Positions 51,001 to 62,320 of a DNA stretch of 64,000 nt are shown here, one piece after another. Source of the DNA: Cyanophora paradoxa CCMP329 (taxonomy: Eukaryota; Plantae; Glaucophyta); NCBI GenBank assembly GCA_004431415.1, contig QPMI01000637.1:1-64000 (forward strand). Direction: 5' to 3'. The notes beneath the pieces were generated by a model. That model saw nothing but the letters and a program-made list of their open reading frames with translations. It searched no databases and was not told where the DNA came from. The position numbers and the translations under genes are program-made. The number at the start of each line of letters is the position of its first letter. Positions within the stretch are counted from its first letter, which is position 1.

Positions 51001-51383
51001 AGATGCGGGCGAGCGCGAGACCTCCGAGCGAGCCGAAGCCGCACCGCCGCATGTCCACCGTCTCTACCCTGCGGCGCGTTTCAGCATTCATTATTCCCGC
51101 CGCGAGGGCAGCTCGCTGACGTGGCGGAGGAGCGAAGGGCCTCCGCGAAGATGTCAATGTCGCGCGAGTCCAGCTTGAGCGAGCGCAGGTCCAGCCCCGT
51201 GCATGCGTCCAGCTGCGACTCGGAGTGAGCCCGAAGCTCGCCGCGAGGCTGCAGGCGCGGGGGGAGCAGGTTCTACTTCGCTGCCGGCCAAGCCGCGCGG
51301 ACCTCTAAGTTCCACCGCACATCGTTCAGCACTTCATCCAGCTCCCAGTCCTCCTCCTCCTCGATCGCCTCAAGCTCAGCCAT
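48087..51383 (-). CDS. Ribonuclease-inhibitor-type leucine-rich repeat protein with a long Pro/Ala-rich C-terminus; both ends uncertain
   Basis: LDLRSLKL, LDVGSCGLGDAGAVAL, LAMDSNGIGPQG, LRDLDLSDNNIGPRGVLALA and LERLALEGN. An alternative start Met lies at 51584. Confidence 0.72.
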
Positions 51384-51429
51384 CGCCTTCGGTTCAAGTT
51401 CCAGCGCCAGCGTACCCCGGTGGCTGGAC

Positions 51430-53433
51430 ATGGCTTTCGTTCCCGGCGGCATCCCCGCAGCCTCACGATGCGGCGCTCCGTCTGTCGGCAGCGCCGCGTG
51501 CTCGCTCGCCGGCCGGCCCGTGGCGCGCGGCGAGGATGACCGCGGCGACGGCCGCATGCGCACCCGCTTCGAGGCGGACGACATCGTCGCGTCCTCTTCG
51601 TTCGGCCTGCAAGCCGGTGAGCGCGCCCGGGACCCACCGCGGCCGGCCGTGACTGCACGTGAGACCGCCGGTCGGCGGCTGCCGCCCGCCTCCTGGCGCA
51701 GAGGGCGTGGAATTAGAGCGCAAATCTTAGCTAAAGATGACCGCGCCACCGCATACGATGCAGCCCACCTGCACGCACATGATTGACCGCTCCCCGCGGC
51801 CCGGCTTAGCTGCGCGCGCGCGCGTCCGCCCGCCAGCAGCTCATTCGACCCGAGCGCAGACGCGCCCCCTTCAGTACTGCGCGTGAACTGGGAGGACTTC
51901 TTTGACAAGCGGGTGCGGCGAGCCCGGCTCACGCGCCCGCGCCCCTCGGGCCCGCCGGCCGGCCGAGCGACGGGGCGGGGCGGGGCGGGCAGATGGGCCG
52001 CGGCGAGGTGTTCTACGGCAAGTCGAAGAAGCGCATCGCGGCGGAGCTCGCGGAGATGGGCTACGACCTCGACGCCGAGAAGGAGCCCATCCCGGACGGT
52101 GCGCCGGCCGCGCGCGGCGCGCGAACCTCGGGCGGAGCGGGCGGGCCGAGCGGGGGCGCCGCGCAGAGGAGCGGAGGCAGGGGGCAACCCTCGTGGTGGG
52201 CGCCACCGGCGGCGTCGGCCAGTGGGTCGCCCTCAAGCTCCTCAACCGCGGCGTGCCCGTCCGCGTCCTCGTCCGCAGCAAGGCCGGCGCCGAGGGGGTG
52301 CGCCGCTGCGCCGGGTCCTCGCTCGCGTACCCCCACGCCCCCCCTGTAAAAGATCTTCGGGCCGGACGGGGACAACCTCGACATCTTCCAGGGCGACCTC
52401 GCCGACCCCCGCTCCGTCCGCCGGGGTACGCGGTCGAGCCGCCGCTCCCCCCGCCCCCCGCCTCACCTTTCGCCGCAGCGGTGGCGGGCTGCGAGGCGGT
52501 CGTGATCGCATCAGGGGCTCGCTCCCCCCTCGGCGCCAACCGCCCCGAGAAGGTCCGGGGGCCCCGTACCCCCCGGATCCTGCCCCCCCTTGCCGATCGC
52601 TGCAGCCAGGTGGACTACGAGGGCGTGAAATCGATCGTGGCGGCGTGCAAGGAGGCGGGTACGGTGAAGCACGTCACCCTCGTCTCCTCCCTGGGTACAC
52701 CTCCGCGCGCGTCCGCCGGCCAGCCCCCCGCCCCGCTCAAAGCCTGTACCCTTCTTCAGGCACGACCCGCCCCGAGAAGTTCCCGCTCTACACTCTCTTC
52801 GGCGACGTGCTCCGCTGGAAGCGGAAGGTGCGGCCCTCGTCCCAGCGGGCATACGTGATTGGTTGGGTTTTGAGCCGTGTACCCCCGCAGGCCGAGGAGG
52901 AGCTCGCTGCGAGCGGCCTCCCCTACACGATCATACGGCCCGGGTTCGACCCCCCCGCCCCCCCTTCTCCTTCTCCGAAACCGATCGGGGTACAGCGGCC
53001 TGCGGGACGAGCCCGGGGGGCTACGGGAGATGGTCCTCGAGCGCGGAGACGCCCTCCCCACGTGCGCCCCCGCCCGTGCCCCCTTGCCCCCCCCCCCCCC
53101 CCCCCCCGCCCCCCTCACCGCGCCCGGTACCCCGGCCTCCAGCGGCTCGATCTCCCGCATGGACGTCGCCGAGCTCGCGGTCGAGTGCGCCGTCGCGCGG
53201 TACCCCTCCCTCGACTTCGCCGTGCGTTCGTCGCTGTACCCTCCCCTCCATTCTGGGCCTCCCTGAGGCTAACCGGGCGGCGCCGGCAGTGCCTGAACGG
53301 GCCGGGCTTCGCCGCGGGGTACGCCGAGGGGCTGGAGGAGGAGGAGGAGGGGGAGGACGGGGAGGAGGGGTACGAGCCCGGGCCGAGCCCCATGGCGGAG
53401 CCGCTGGCGCGCCTCGCGGGGGCGGCCCCCTAG
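51430..53433 (+). CDS. NAD(P)H-binding Rossmann-fold protein (atypical SDR, TIC62/Ycf39-like), probably plastid-targeted
   Basis: LVVGATGGVGQWV..VRVLVRS, FQGDL, VDYEGVKSIVAAC, VTLVSSLG, KRKAEEELAASGLPYTIIRPGGL and ISRMDVAE. Candidate transit-peptide exon MAFVPGG at 51430; its splice to the core is not resolved. Confidence 0.85.
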
Positions 53434-53798
53434 CGAGGCCCGCGGGCCCGTCCGCCGTCACCTCATCGCCGCTGCTCGCAACTTGCAACGCAGCTCTAAA
53501 ACTATAATCCGTTTTCCGTTTTTGGTTTTGCGAAACTGCACTTTTCATGATCAATTACATGCCACAATAAGGTCGATCTAAATTGCAGTCACTGAATGCC
53601 ACAATTGCATGTTCGACGGCTGATTCAAAGCAATAGCCACGAGAGAACAAATTAAACTAGAAATGAAATACCTGTGTAACTAGAAATCTAAGAGCTAGAA
53701 TAAACTATAGCTACGGCCCGCCGGGCCGGCCAGCTGCAGCGACCGTCGGACAGGCCTAGGGGCCCGGGGCTTTAAATTCGAATTTGAGGCTCCGAGGC
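52855..53798 (+). repeat. Copy A of a ~0.9 kb direct repeat (3' part of the Rossmann gene plus its 3' flank)
   Basis: Aligns by eye with 62321-63200, from GTGATTGGTTGGGTTTTGAGCC to GGCTCCGAGGC. Confidence 0.9.
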
Positions 53799-54463
53799 TC
53801 GGAGAAGTCGACGCGATGCGTATACGTATACTACTATGATACGTAGGACCCGTACGCGTAGGAACCCGCGGCCGGCCCTGAGATCTCGATCGATATCGAT
53901 CGCGATCGCGAGGCCTAGCTATACTACTACTATATGATAGCTATATATAGGCCTAGGCCCTAGGGCAGCTGCCAGGCTGCAGCCTGCAGATCTAGAGCCG
54001 GCCTGGCGCTGCGTGCGGCCCGCGGCGCCGGCTGCGCGCATACGCGTATAAGTATACGTACATAGCTATATATAGCCCCTTGGCTGCGCCGGCGACGTAT
54101 ACGCACGTAGCCCCCCCTCGAGCTCGCAAAAACAACTTGCAATTGGCAAATCGATTGGCGTAGCCCCCTCGCCCCAGCGGCCAGCGGCATAGAGCTCTCG
54201 ATGATCGTGCAGCGGCAAAGAGAATTCAAAGCTCAAACTAAGTACGTAGTAGCGCAGCAACGCGAATTCAAAGAAGGCATTCAGAACGAGCAGGCTTGCA
54301 GCTGCAGCCGCAAGCGCGAATTCCTCGCGCAAGAACGCGTCATTCTGAAACAATCCGCACACATAGGCCTGGTCCTTGCGTGCATCCGTCCGCGGCACTG
54401 GCACTTCAACACGACGCATTAGACCGATTCGGGCCGATTGCAACTCCGATCCGATTCCGTTCG

Positions 54464-57400
54464 ATGGGCTGCGCGTTCCGCAAGTCCCAGCCCCGGCAGC
54501 TGCAGCTGCAGCCTGTGCCTTGCCGCGAAATCGTCGTTGATGTCGTCGACGACAACGCTGGGCACGCCGGTGGCAGCAAGCTGAAGGCGGACTCAATCAT
54601 CGCCAAGGAATTCGATGGCCATATGCATGAGCACAGGCAGCGCACAAGTGGCGCGAGCGCAGCTGGCCGCGGGCGCACAGCTGCAGACGAGCTGGAGGCG
54701 AACGCGAGCTCGAGCGCCAGCAACCGGCGACAGCGAGCCGTCGTGATACACGGGATTCCTCTGCAGCTGGGCGACGACCCCTCAAGCGCCTCAATCCTTG
54801 CCCGCCTGCAGAGCGCCGCGCCGCCCGCTCCGTCGCTGCCAGTAGCCGCCCGGCCCGCTGCGGACGCCGCCGCGCGCGGCCGAACGCTCCGCATCTTCGT
54901 CTCTTCGACATTCCGTGCGTCGTCGTCTTCTTCCATCTTTCGCCTCGCCTCGCCCTCCCTCCCTCCCCCCCCCTCCCCCGCGCCCCCCCCCCCCCCCCCC
55001 CCCAGGCTCCCCGGCCCCGGCCCCGCGCCCTGCCCCCCCTTCTTTCAATCCTTTTCCTCCCCCTTACATTCAATCTCCGCAGAGGACATGATGATGGAGC
55101 GCGACGAAATCAGGGCGGCGGTTCACCCGCGGCTGCGGGCCCTTTGCGCGGCGCGCGGTCTCTTCCTCCACATCGGCGACCTCCGCTGGGGTATCCGCGA
55201 CGACGAGGTTGCCAGCGGCGAGGTGCACCCTGCATCCACACAGCGTACCCCCAGGAGCGGCTTGTCACTCTCTCCCTCTCAGGTTGTCCGGCTCTGTTTG
55301 AGAGAGGTGCAGCGGAGCCAGTACTTCGTCGGCCTTCTAAAGGGTCCGCCTTCTTCTAATCATTGCGTGCAAGCTCATTGCGCTTGAATTCAGGTCGCTA
55401 CGGATGGCACATCAACCCCAACGCGCCAGAGGACGACGAAAGCAATGCTCTTTTCCGCTGGCGCGCTTGTCTCTTTTCGATTTCTAAGAAATCTCTCCTT
55501 GAGCTTGCCTTACCCCTGAAACTAAACGAGCGCGAATTCGAACCCCCCTTTCCCCCCGGTCCCTCCCCGCCTCCCGGCCTCCGGGTTGTGCTCCCCCCCC
55601 CCCCCCTCAACCCTTCCCTTCCCCTGGACTCCTCCCCCTGGACTCCTCCCCCCTGCCCTTCCCCTTGCCCCCCCCCCCGCCCCCCCCCCTCCCCGGGGGG
55701 GGATGGAGATGAACGCTGCCGCAGGAACTTGCGGGTGGCCGCGGACGAGTTCCCTTGGGTGAACGAGGTGGCAAACCGCTCCGTGACTGAAATCGGTGCG
55801 CCGCTGCCAAGATCATGATGTTCTCTGCACATGTCTACATCTCTGATGGCCACGACCCGCAGAGATGCGCGCCGGGAGCCTGAGAGACTTGCAGGTAGAT
55901 TAACGAAGACTAGTGATCTAGATCTTCCGTTTTGCGCTTATTCGACTCCTCCACAGGCAGCCCGCGGCAAGGCGCTCTTCTTCTTTGCCGAGGCTGCTCA
56001 GCCAGATGAGAGGGAGGGCCTGCATGCGGTGCGGATGATGGGGGAGTTGAAGGACGAAATTCGCCGGTCGGGCCTCCCCGTGCAGCTTTACCGCGACCCG
56101 CAACAGCTCTCAGCCGTGATGTCCGAAGCGCTTGTTAAGGTGAGACTCCCGATCATGATCAGGACTGGATATCGTCCGACTCAAATCGCCCACTCCGGCT
56201 CTGTCTCCGATCCGTGCATTACGTGGAGCCGCGCTGAAATCGTCGGCAGATGGTGGAGCGCGACTTCCCAGTTGACCGAGAGCAAACGTGGCTGCAAACC
56301 CAGCGGGCTGCACAGGCCGCTTTCGCGGGTGTCCGTCAGCGAACATTTGCGGGCGATCCGGAGGACTTCGCCGCGCTCAATCAGTATGCCGAGGGAAACA
56401 GCGAGGAGATCTTCGTGCTCTTCGGAGAGGGCGGCTCGGGCAAAAGCTGTGCGAGGCATCTTTCGCCTTCTCTTGCGCGTATAGTCGATCTCAATGTGGG
56501 CGCAGCGTTGCTGGCGAACTGGACAGCACAGTGGAGCGCAATGCATCCCAGCGAACTGACGATTGTACACTTCGTCGGCGGCTCTCAGAGCAGCTCCACG
56601 TTGCCATCAATCGCGCGGTGCTTATCGCGACCGACAATCGTTTTCCTGTTCTGAAGATAGTGGGCGCAGACGTCTTGGAGAGGAGGTAAAAGAGCGCTGG
56701 CCCGAAGTAGAGGAGTTGGAATGGCGCGGCGATGACGTTACATTGGCTGGGCAAGTGCGGGCGTGGCTTACGGCGGGGGCGCAACGGTGGCCGGCGCGGG
56801 TGTTGCTGGCGCTGGATGGGCTCGACCAACTTCAGGGACCAACGGTGGTCCAATCTCTGGCGTGGCTTCCAGACGCTGCCGGCTCGCGCCTGCGCATTGT
56901 AGCTTCTTGCATCCCTGGTTCGCGTGAGACAGTTTTCTTCATTCGCTGTAATCAATCAATGAGATGCATCGCAGGCCGTGCACTCGATACGGTAAAGCAG
57001 CTTCCCCGTTTGACGACTCGTGAGCTGCTTCCGCTCGATGTGAAGAGACGAGAACACCTGGTGCAGCGCTTGCTGCACGAGCAAGGCAGATCCTTGAGCG
57101 ACGATCGCGTCAACCGGATCGTCCAGTCGGCTGCTTGTGGAAACCCGTGCGCTTCTCGTTCACAGCACTCATTGCGTATATGTAGAGCCATGCATATGGG
57201 AGCTTTCGACCGCAGACTCTACCTCCGCACGTTGCTCGAGGAGCTTTCTGCGGTAGCTGTGCACGCGACGCTCGACGCGGTTCTCGACGAGTGCCTCGTG
57301 TGCAGCGGCCCGCGGGACCTTTTCCGAGCAGTCCTCCGACGTCTCGTCGCCCGGCATAAGCTAAAGGGGGGCGCGGGGGGTGAGAGCCCTGTAGCGGAAG

Positions 57401-60400
57401 TCGCACGGGCCATTCTGTGTTCGCGACACGGTATGGCGGAGAGCGAGCTCGTGGAATTGTTGAGAGTCGGGAACAGCAGCGGAGTGACCGAGGTTCGAGC
57501 ACCTTCATCACATTCGTTCAATCACTTTTCACCTTTTCCAGTCTTATGTTTTATTTCCAGGTTGCATGGCAATTGCTCTGGTATGATCTATTGACGCTAC
57601 TAATTGATCGGGGTGATCGATTGATTTGACGCTACTTTCTGCGAATCTCGCGCTCTTCGTATGTAATTATAATCATATGCATCTGGCAGATGGCGTGTTT
57701 GGGTTTTTTCATCGCTGCGCCGCCGAGGTAAGCAGCCAGCTACATGCTTTTGTGGGATCTTCTGGGAGTTGTGCGTGCTGCTGATACGATCTTCGAATTC
57801 TGATTGCAGGCTGCGCAACTCGAGTTTGGGCTGTCGCGAGAAGACAGTAGTGGTGCACTGGAAGATCTTCGAGAAAATGGAGAGATCACTTTCCATCTTC
57901 TCGGAAACTTTTTCGCCAAGCAGGAGCCGTCAAAGCGACGAGCAGAAGAGGGCTCGTGGGCGCTTGCACACGCCGGTCCTGCAGCGAGCGATCAGCTGGC
58001 GAACTTTTTGACCTGCTCGGATGTTCTGCGCTATCTCGATTCCTCTGAGGTATGTGAACTCTGGCTTCAGAGCGGGCGCTCGGACGAGGCGTCAATTCGA
58101 TACGAGAATGGTCTTGAACTCTACGGCGCCTCTGGGCCGCTCGAGTCAGCGGGACCTGATGGCAAATTTGGAGATCCGAAGGCAGTGTACCTTTCTCGAG
58201 CCGGTTGGGTCTTGCACACGATCGGTCGATCCAAAGACGGCCTGCCATTCCTCACGGTAAGTCAGAATCATATATATGTGCATGTAATCGCGCATTACGG
58301 ATGCCGTGTCTTTAGCTTCTCTGCGATTGCAAATTCATACCATTCTGTGCAGCGCGCCATCGACATTTGCGAGAAAACGCTTGGTCCGGAGCATCCAGTC
58401 ACAGGCGCCATCATAAATCAGCTCGCTTCACTTCATAAGGCAATGGCTAACTACGAAGCAGCTCTGCCTCTGTTTGAGGTCTGTCTCTCTTTCTCTCTCT
58501 CGCCGCACGCTGACGCGATCGCGCGAATTTGGAATGCAACGGCTGATTATAAAGTGACCGCCACAGCGGAGCCTCGCAATCAGCGAGAGGGCGCTTGGCT
58601 CTGAGCATAAGTTCACTGCGAAAATGCTGCACGAACTGGCCTCACTGCATCTGGCTCGACTCGATCACAACGCCGCGTTGCTGATGTACGAGGTGCGCCA
58701 GAGAAAGCGTGGCCATGGGCAACCTCTCCGTTTCTCCAGTTTTAATTAGGACTCTCGCAGCGGGCTCTCGCCATCAGGGAAAAAGCTTTAGGCCCAGACG
58801 ACCCAGGGACAGCAGCGACACTGCACGATATGGCAATATTACACCAGATGCGAGGCAACTACACGACTGCCATGCAACTTTGCGAGGTGCATGCGCATGT
58901 GCCCATGGTATAGAAAACAAGGGATCGAAGTCTGGAAAACGTTAATTTGGCGCAGCGAGATCTAGCGATTAAGGAGAAGGCACTCGGCCCGGAGCATCCT
59001 CACACAGCGTCGACTTTGCACAACCTCGCAGCTCTACATGTAACACGAGGCCAATACGCTGCGGCGCTGCCGCTGTTTGAGGTTCGATTCTAGCTATAGG
59101 GCGCAGCATCCTAGCTATAGGCCTCGCGAAATCGATCGCGATTGCGATCGGGGCAGATAAAAGCGGTCTAACTCAGCCGCTCGCAGCGGGCTCTCGCCAT
59201 AAGAGAGAAGTCAGAAGGCCCAGAGCACCCGAACACGGCCGCAACGGCAAGCGATCTGGGGCAACTACACCGGTACATGGGAAACCACGCGAAGGCGTTC
59301 GAATTGTACGAGGTGCGCATGCCTCAAATCTTGTGTTTTGTGTTTTTGCCTCCGAACCGCTCACATGGAATGATCTCATGCCGCAATACGCGTACGCAGC
59401 GGGCTCTCGCAATCAGAGAAAAAGTGCTCGGCTCGGACCATCCACAGACCGCTTCGACAGCGAGCGATCTGGGGCGACTTTATCAAGATCAGTGCAATTA
59501 TGCTGCAGCGTTGCCTATATTCAAGGTGCAAATCGCTCGACGGTTTTTTTTATCATGATCAAAACTCGCAAGGCTGACGTACAGCCGTCGATGAGAAGCG
59601 AGCACTCGCGATCAGAGAGAAGGTTTTCGGCTTGGAGAATGCTTTTACAGCGGCGGCGCTGCATGATTTGGCGATGTTGCACCGGGCTCAGCGCGAAAAT
59701 AAGACTGCTATTGAACTATATGAGGTGTGTACGAGTCCAACTACGCATACCAACTACGAGTCCAATTACTTATAATATAAATGGAACCGCAGAGAGCACT
59801 CGCAATTTTCGAGAGAACTCTCGGACCGGACCACGCTCGCACAGCTGGAACGCTCCACGAATTAGCACAGCTCCATCTTAGCTGCGGCAACTTCAAACAT
59901 GCGCTTCCGCTTTACGAGGTGCGATTTCGATAACGCGTTCGTGTGCCATGTACATGCACATGTATGTGTTCGGGTCCGGCAGCGGGCGCTGGCTATCAAA
60001 GAGAAGGCCCTCGGAGCAGAACACGTCAACGTAGCGGCAACTCTGAACGATCTGGCTCATGTTCGTTTGGAGCTTGGAGACCGCGATGCGGCTCTGTCTC
60101 TGTTTGAGGTGCGCAAAAAGAAGTAGGACGTTGAAAAAGAAGCAGACTGTAGTTGGAGACTGCACGCGGGCGCAGCGGGCGCTTGCAATCAAGGAGAAGA
60201 GTCTCGGGCCGGAGCACGCAGACACAGCGGCGACACTGCTTGGGCTGGCCCGCCTTCATCATGCACAAGGCAACACCGCGGCCGAGCTACCTCTGTACGA
60301 AGTGCGCGACCATTGACTTCAGGATGAGGGTCGGCTGACCACGAGTCGATTTATCCATTCTTTGCAGCGCGCGTTAGTAATCTTTGAGAAGGCGCTCGGC

Positions 60401-62104
60401 CCGAAGCATTCCAGCACGGCTACGACGTTGCACAGACTCGGACGACTTCATTTAGATCTGGGAAATCATTCTGCCGCTCGCCCGCTGCTCGAGGTTTGTC
60501 GAAGCTTTTAACAGCAGCTCCAATCGATATCCTGCAGGCGGCCTCCGTCCCGCCTCACGCGGCGGCAGAGGGCTCTAATGGCGCGGGAGGAGTTGTTGGG
60601 TCACTCGCATCCTGACACTGCGGAGACCCACGACGCCCTCGGCCGTCTCGAGTCCGCATGCGGGCGGCGCGAGGCAGCCCGTCCTCACCTACAGGTGCGC
60701 CTCCCGCCCCGCTAGCGCGCTGCGGCAGCTTGCGATCGCGCGCTTGATGTTCCTCGCGCGCAGCGGGCCTTCTCGGTGAAAGAGAAGGCGCTCGGACCGG
60801 ATCATCCGAGCACGGTGTCGACGATGAGCGAGTTGGCGCAATTGCACCAGGCGGAGGGGAACTTCGCTGCGGCCGTGCCTCTATGCGAGGTGAGCACGCG
60901 CATAATTTTTTCGCAAAAGTGGACGTCTCATTAAGAACACCACGGCACATGTCCTAATGAGCACGCGCAAAAGAGCACTGCTCGCCACGCGTACGGATCG
61001 GGAGAAAGCGATCGAGAAAGCGCGAGCACGAGAGCCAGCTGAACTGCTCGCAGCGCGCCCTCGCCACCATCGAGAAAGCAATGGGAAAGGACCATCCGAG
61101 CGCGAGGGCGACGCTGCACCAGCTGGCGTCGCTTCACTTGGCGCAGGGCAACTACGACGCGGCGCTGCCGTTGTATCAGGTCCCTGCACTCGACTTGAAG
61201 CCCTCGTTGCGACGGCTGACGGCTGACGCCGACGTGGCCCTGCAGCGGGCCCTCGCGATCTGCGAGAAGGGGTTCGGTCCAGAGCACGCCAACACGGGAG
61301 TGATGCTGCACGAGCTCGCATCTCTGCACCTAGAGCGGCGCGATTACAGCGCAGCACTGCCGCTTTACGAGGTGGGGGCAGCGAAGAACAGTTTTCCGGA
61401 TTTACTCGGTCACACGCCGGCGTTTTAATTTCGCGCGCGAGCGCAGCGGGCCCTCTCGATTCTCGAGAAGTCCTTGGGTCCGGACCACCTCCACACGGCA
61501 GCGGCGATGCGCTGGTTCGGCCGTCTGCACATGGAGCGCGGCGACCTTCCGGCCGCCCGGTCCATGCTCGAAGCGAGCTCTCTCTCTCTCTCTCTTTTTC
61601 TTAGGATGCGTTCTCTTTTTCTTAGGATGCCCGCAGCGATCGCTCGCCATCCGGCGGGCGGGGCTGGGCGAGGGTCACACCGCCACAGCCGCCAGCGCGA
61701 CGGCGCTCGCTGAGCTTCGCATGGCGGAGGGGGAGCACGGAGCGGCCCGCTCCCTCCTCGAGGTGCGCGCGTGCTGGCCTCCTCGTCCCGGCCGCGGGCC
61801 GCCCGATCGCGAGCTGCCGGCAGGGCGCGCTTGCAGCGCGGGAGGCGGCTGTCGGCCCCGCGCACCTCGACACCGCCGAGACGCTGCACGCCTTTGGGCG
61901 CCTCGAGGCTGCGTGCGGGCGTCCCGACGCGGCTCGCGCCCGCCTCGAGGTTTGTACCGCGCCTCGAGCTTGCGCTCGCCACCCCCCACGCGTACGATCA
62001 CCGGCCCGCAGGCGGCGCTGGCTGTGCGACGGGAGCGGCTCGGCGAGATGCACCCCCTCGCTCAGGAGACGGCTGCCGAACTTACCGCACTTCGAACTTA
62101 CTAA
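54464..62104 (+). CDS. NLR-like STAND protein: DUF4062 (TIR-like) - NACHT/AAA ATPase - ~19 TPR repeats (nephrocystin-3/TEP1-like architecture)
   Basis: MGC start. LRIFVSSTF..ERD..DLRWG..LCLREVQRSQYFVGLL.GRYGW (DUF4062). Walker A GEGGSGKS, HFVG, Walker B LLALDGLDQL, WLP and GNPLYL. 42-aa repeats RALAIxEKxLGPxHPxTAxxLxxLAxL. Confidence 0.9.
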
Positions 62105-62320
62105 CTATAAGTTGAACGTACAGTGGTATTAGCCGTAAAAAACTTTCCAACGAGTTCAGTGTACTTGTGTGAAGTGCTCTTGATCATGAGCTTGTTCATG
62201 TAATTGAGATACTAACGACCTTTGTCAACATGAATCATACGTATATACGTATGATTCGCATTGAGTCGCATTGTCGTTCTTCTGTAAATCCGGACAGATA
62301 TAGGCCCACGACACTGGGCA

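Noticed and set aside
58353-62104. Regularly spaced repeats as a CRISPR-like array
   Set aside because: The repeats are protein-coding 126-nt exons with splice sites. There are no identical direct repeats or cas genes, and the DNA is eukaryotic.
54464-62104. Assigning the gene symbol NPHP3 or KLC
   Set aside because: The architecture is similar, but the NPHP3 N-terminal coiled coil and the KLC heptad region are not evident. Orthology cannot be shown without a phylogeny.
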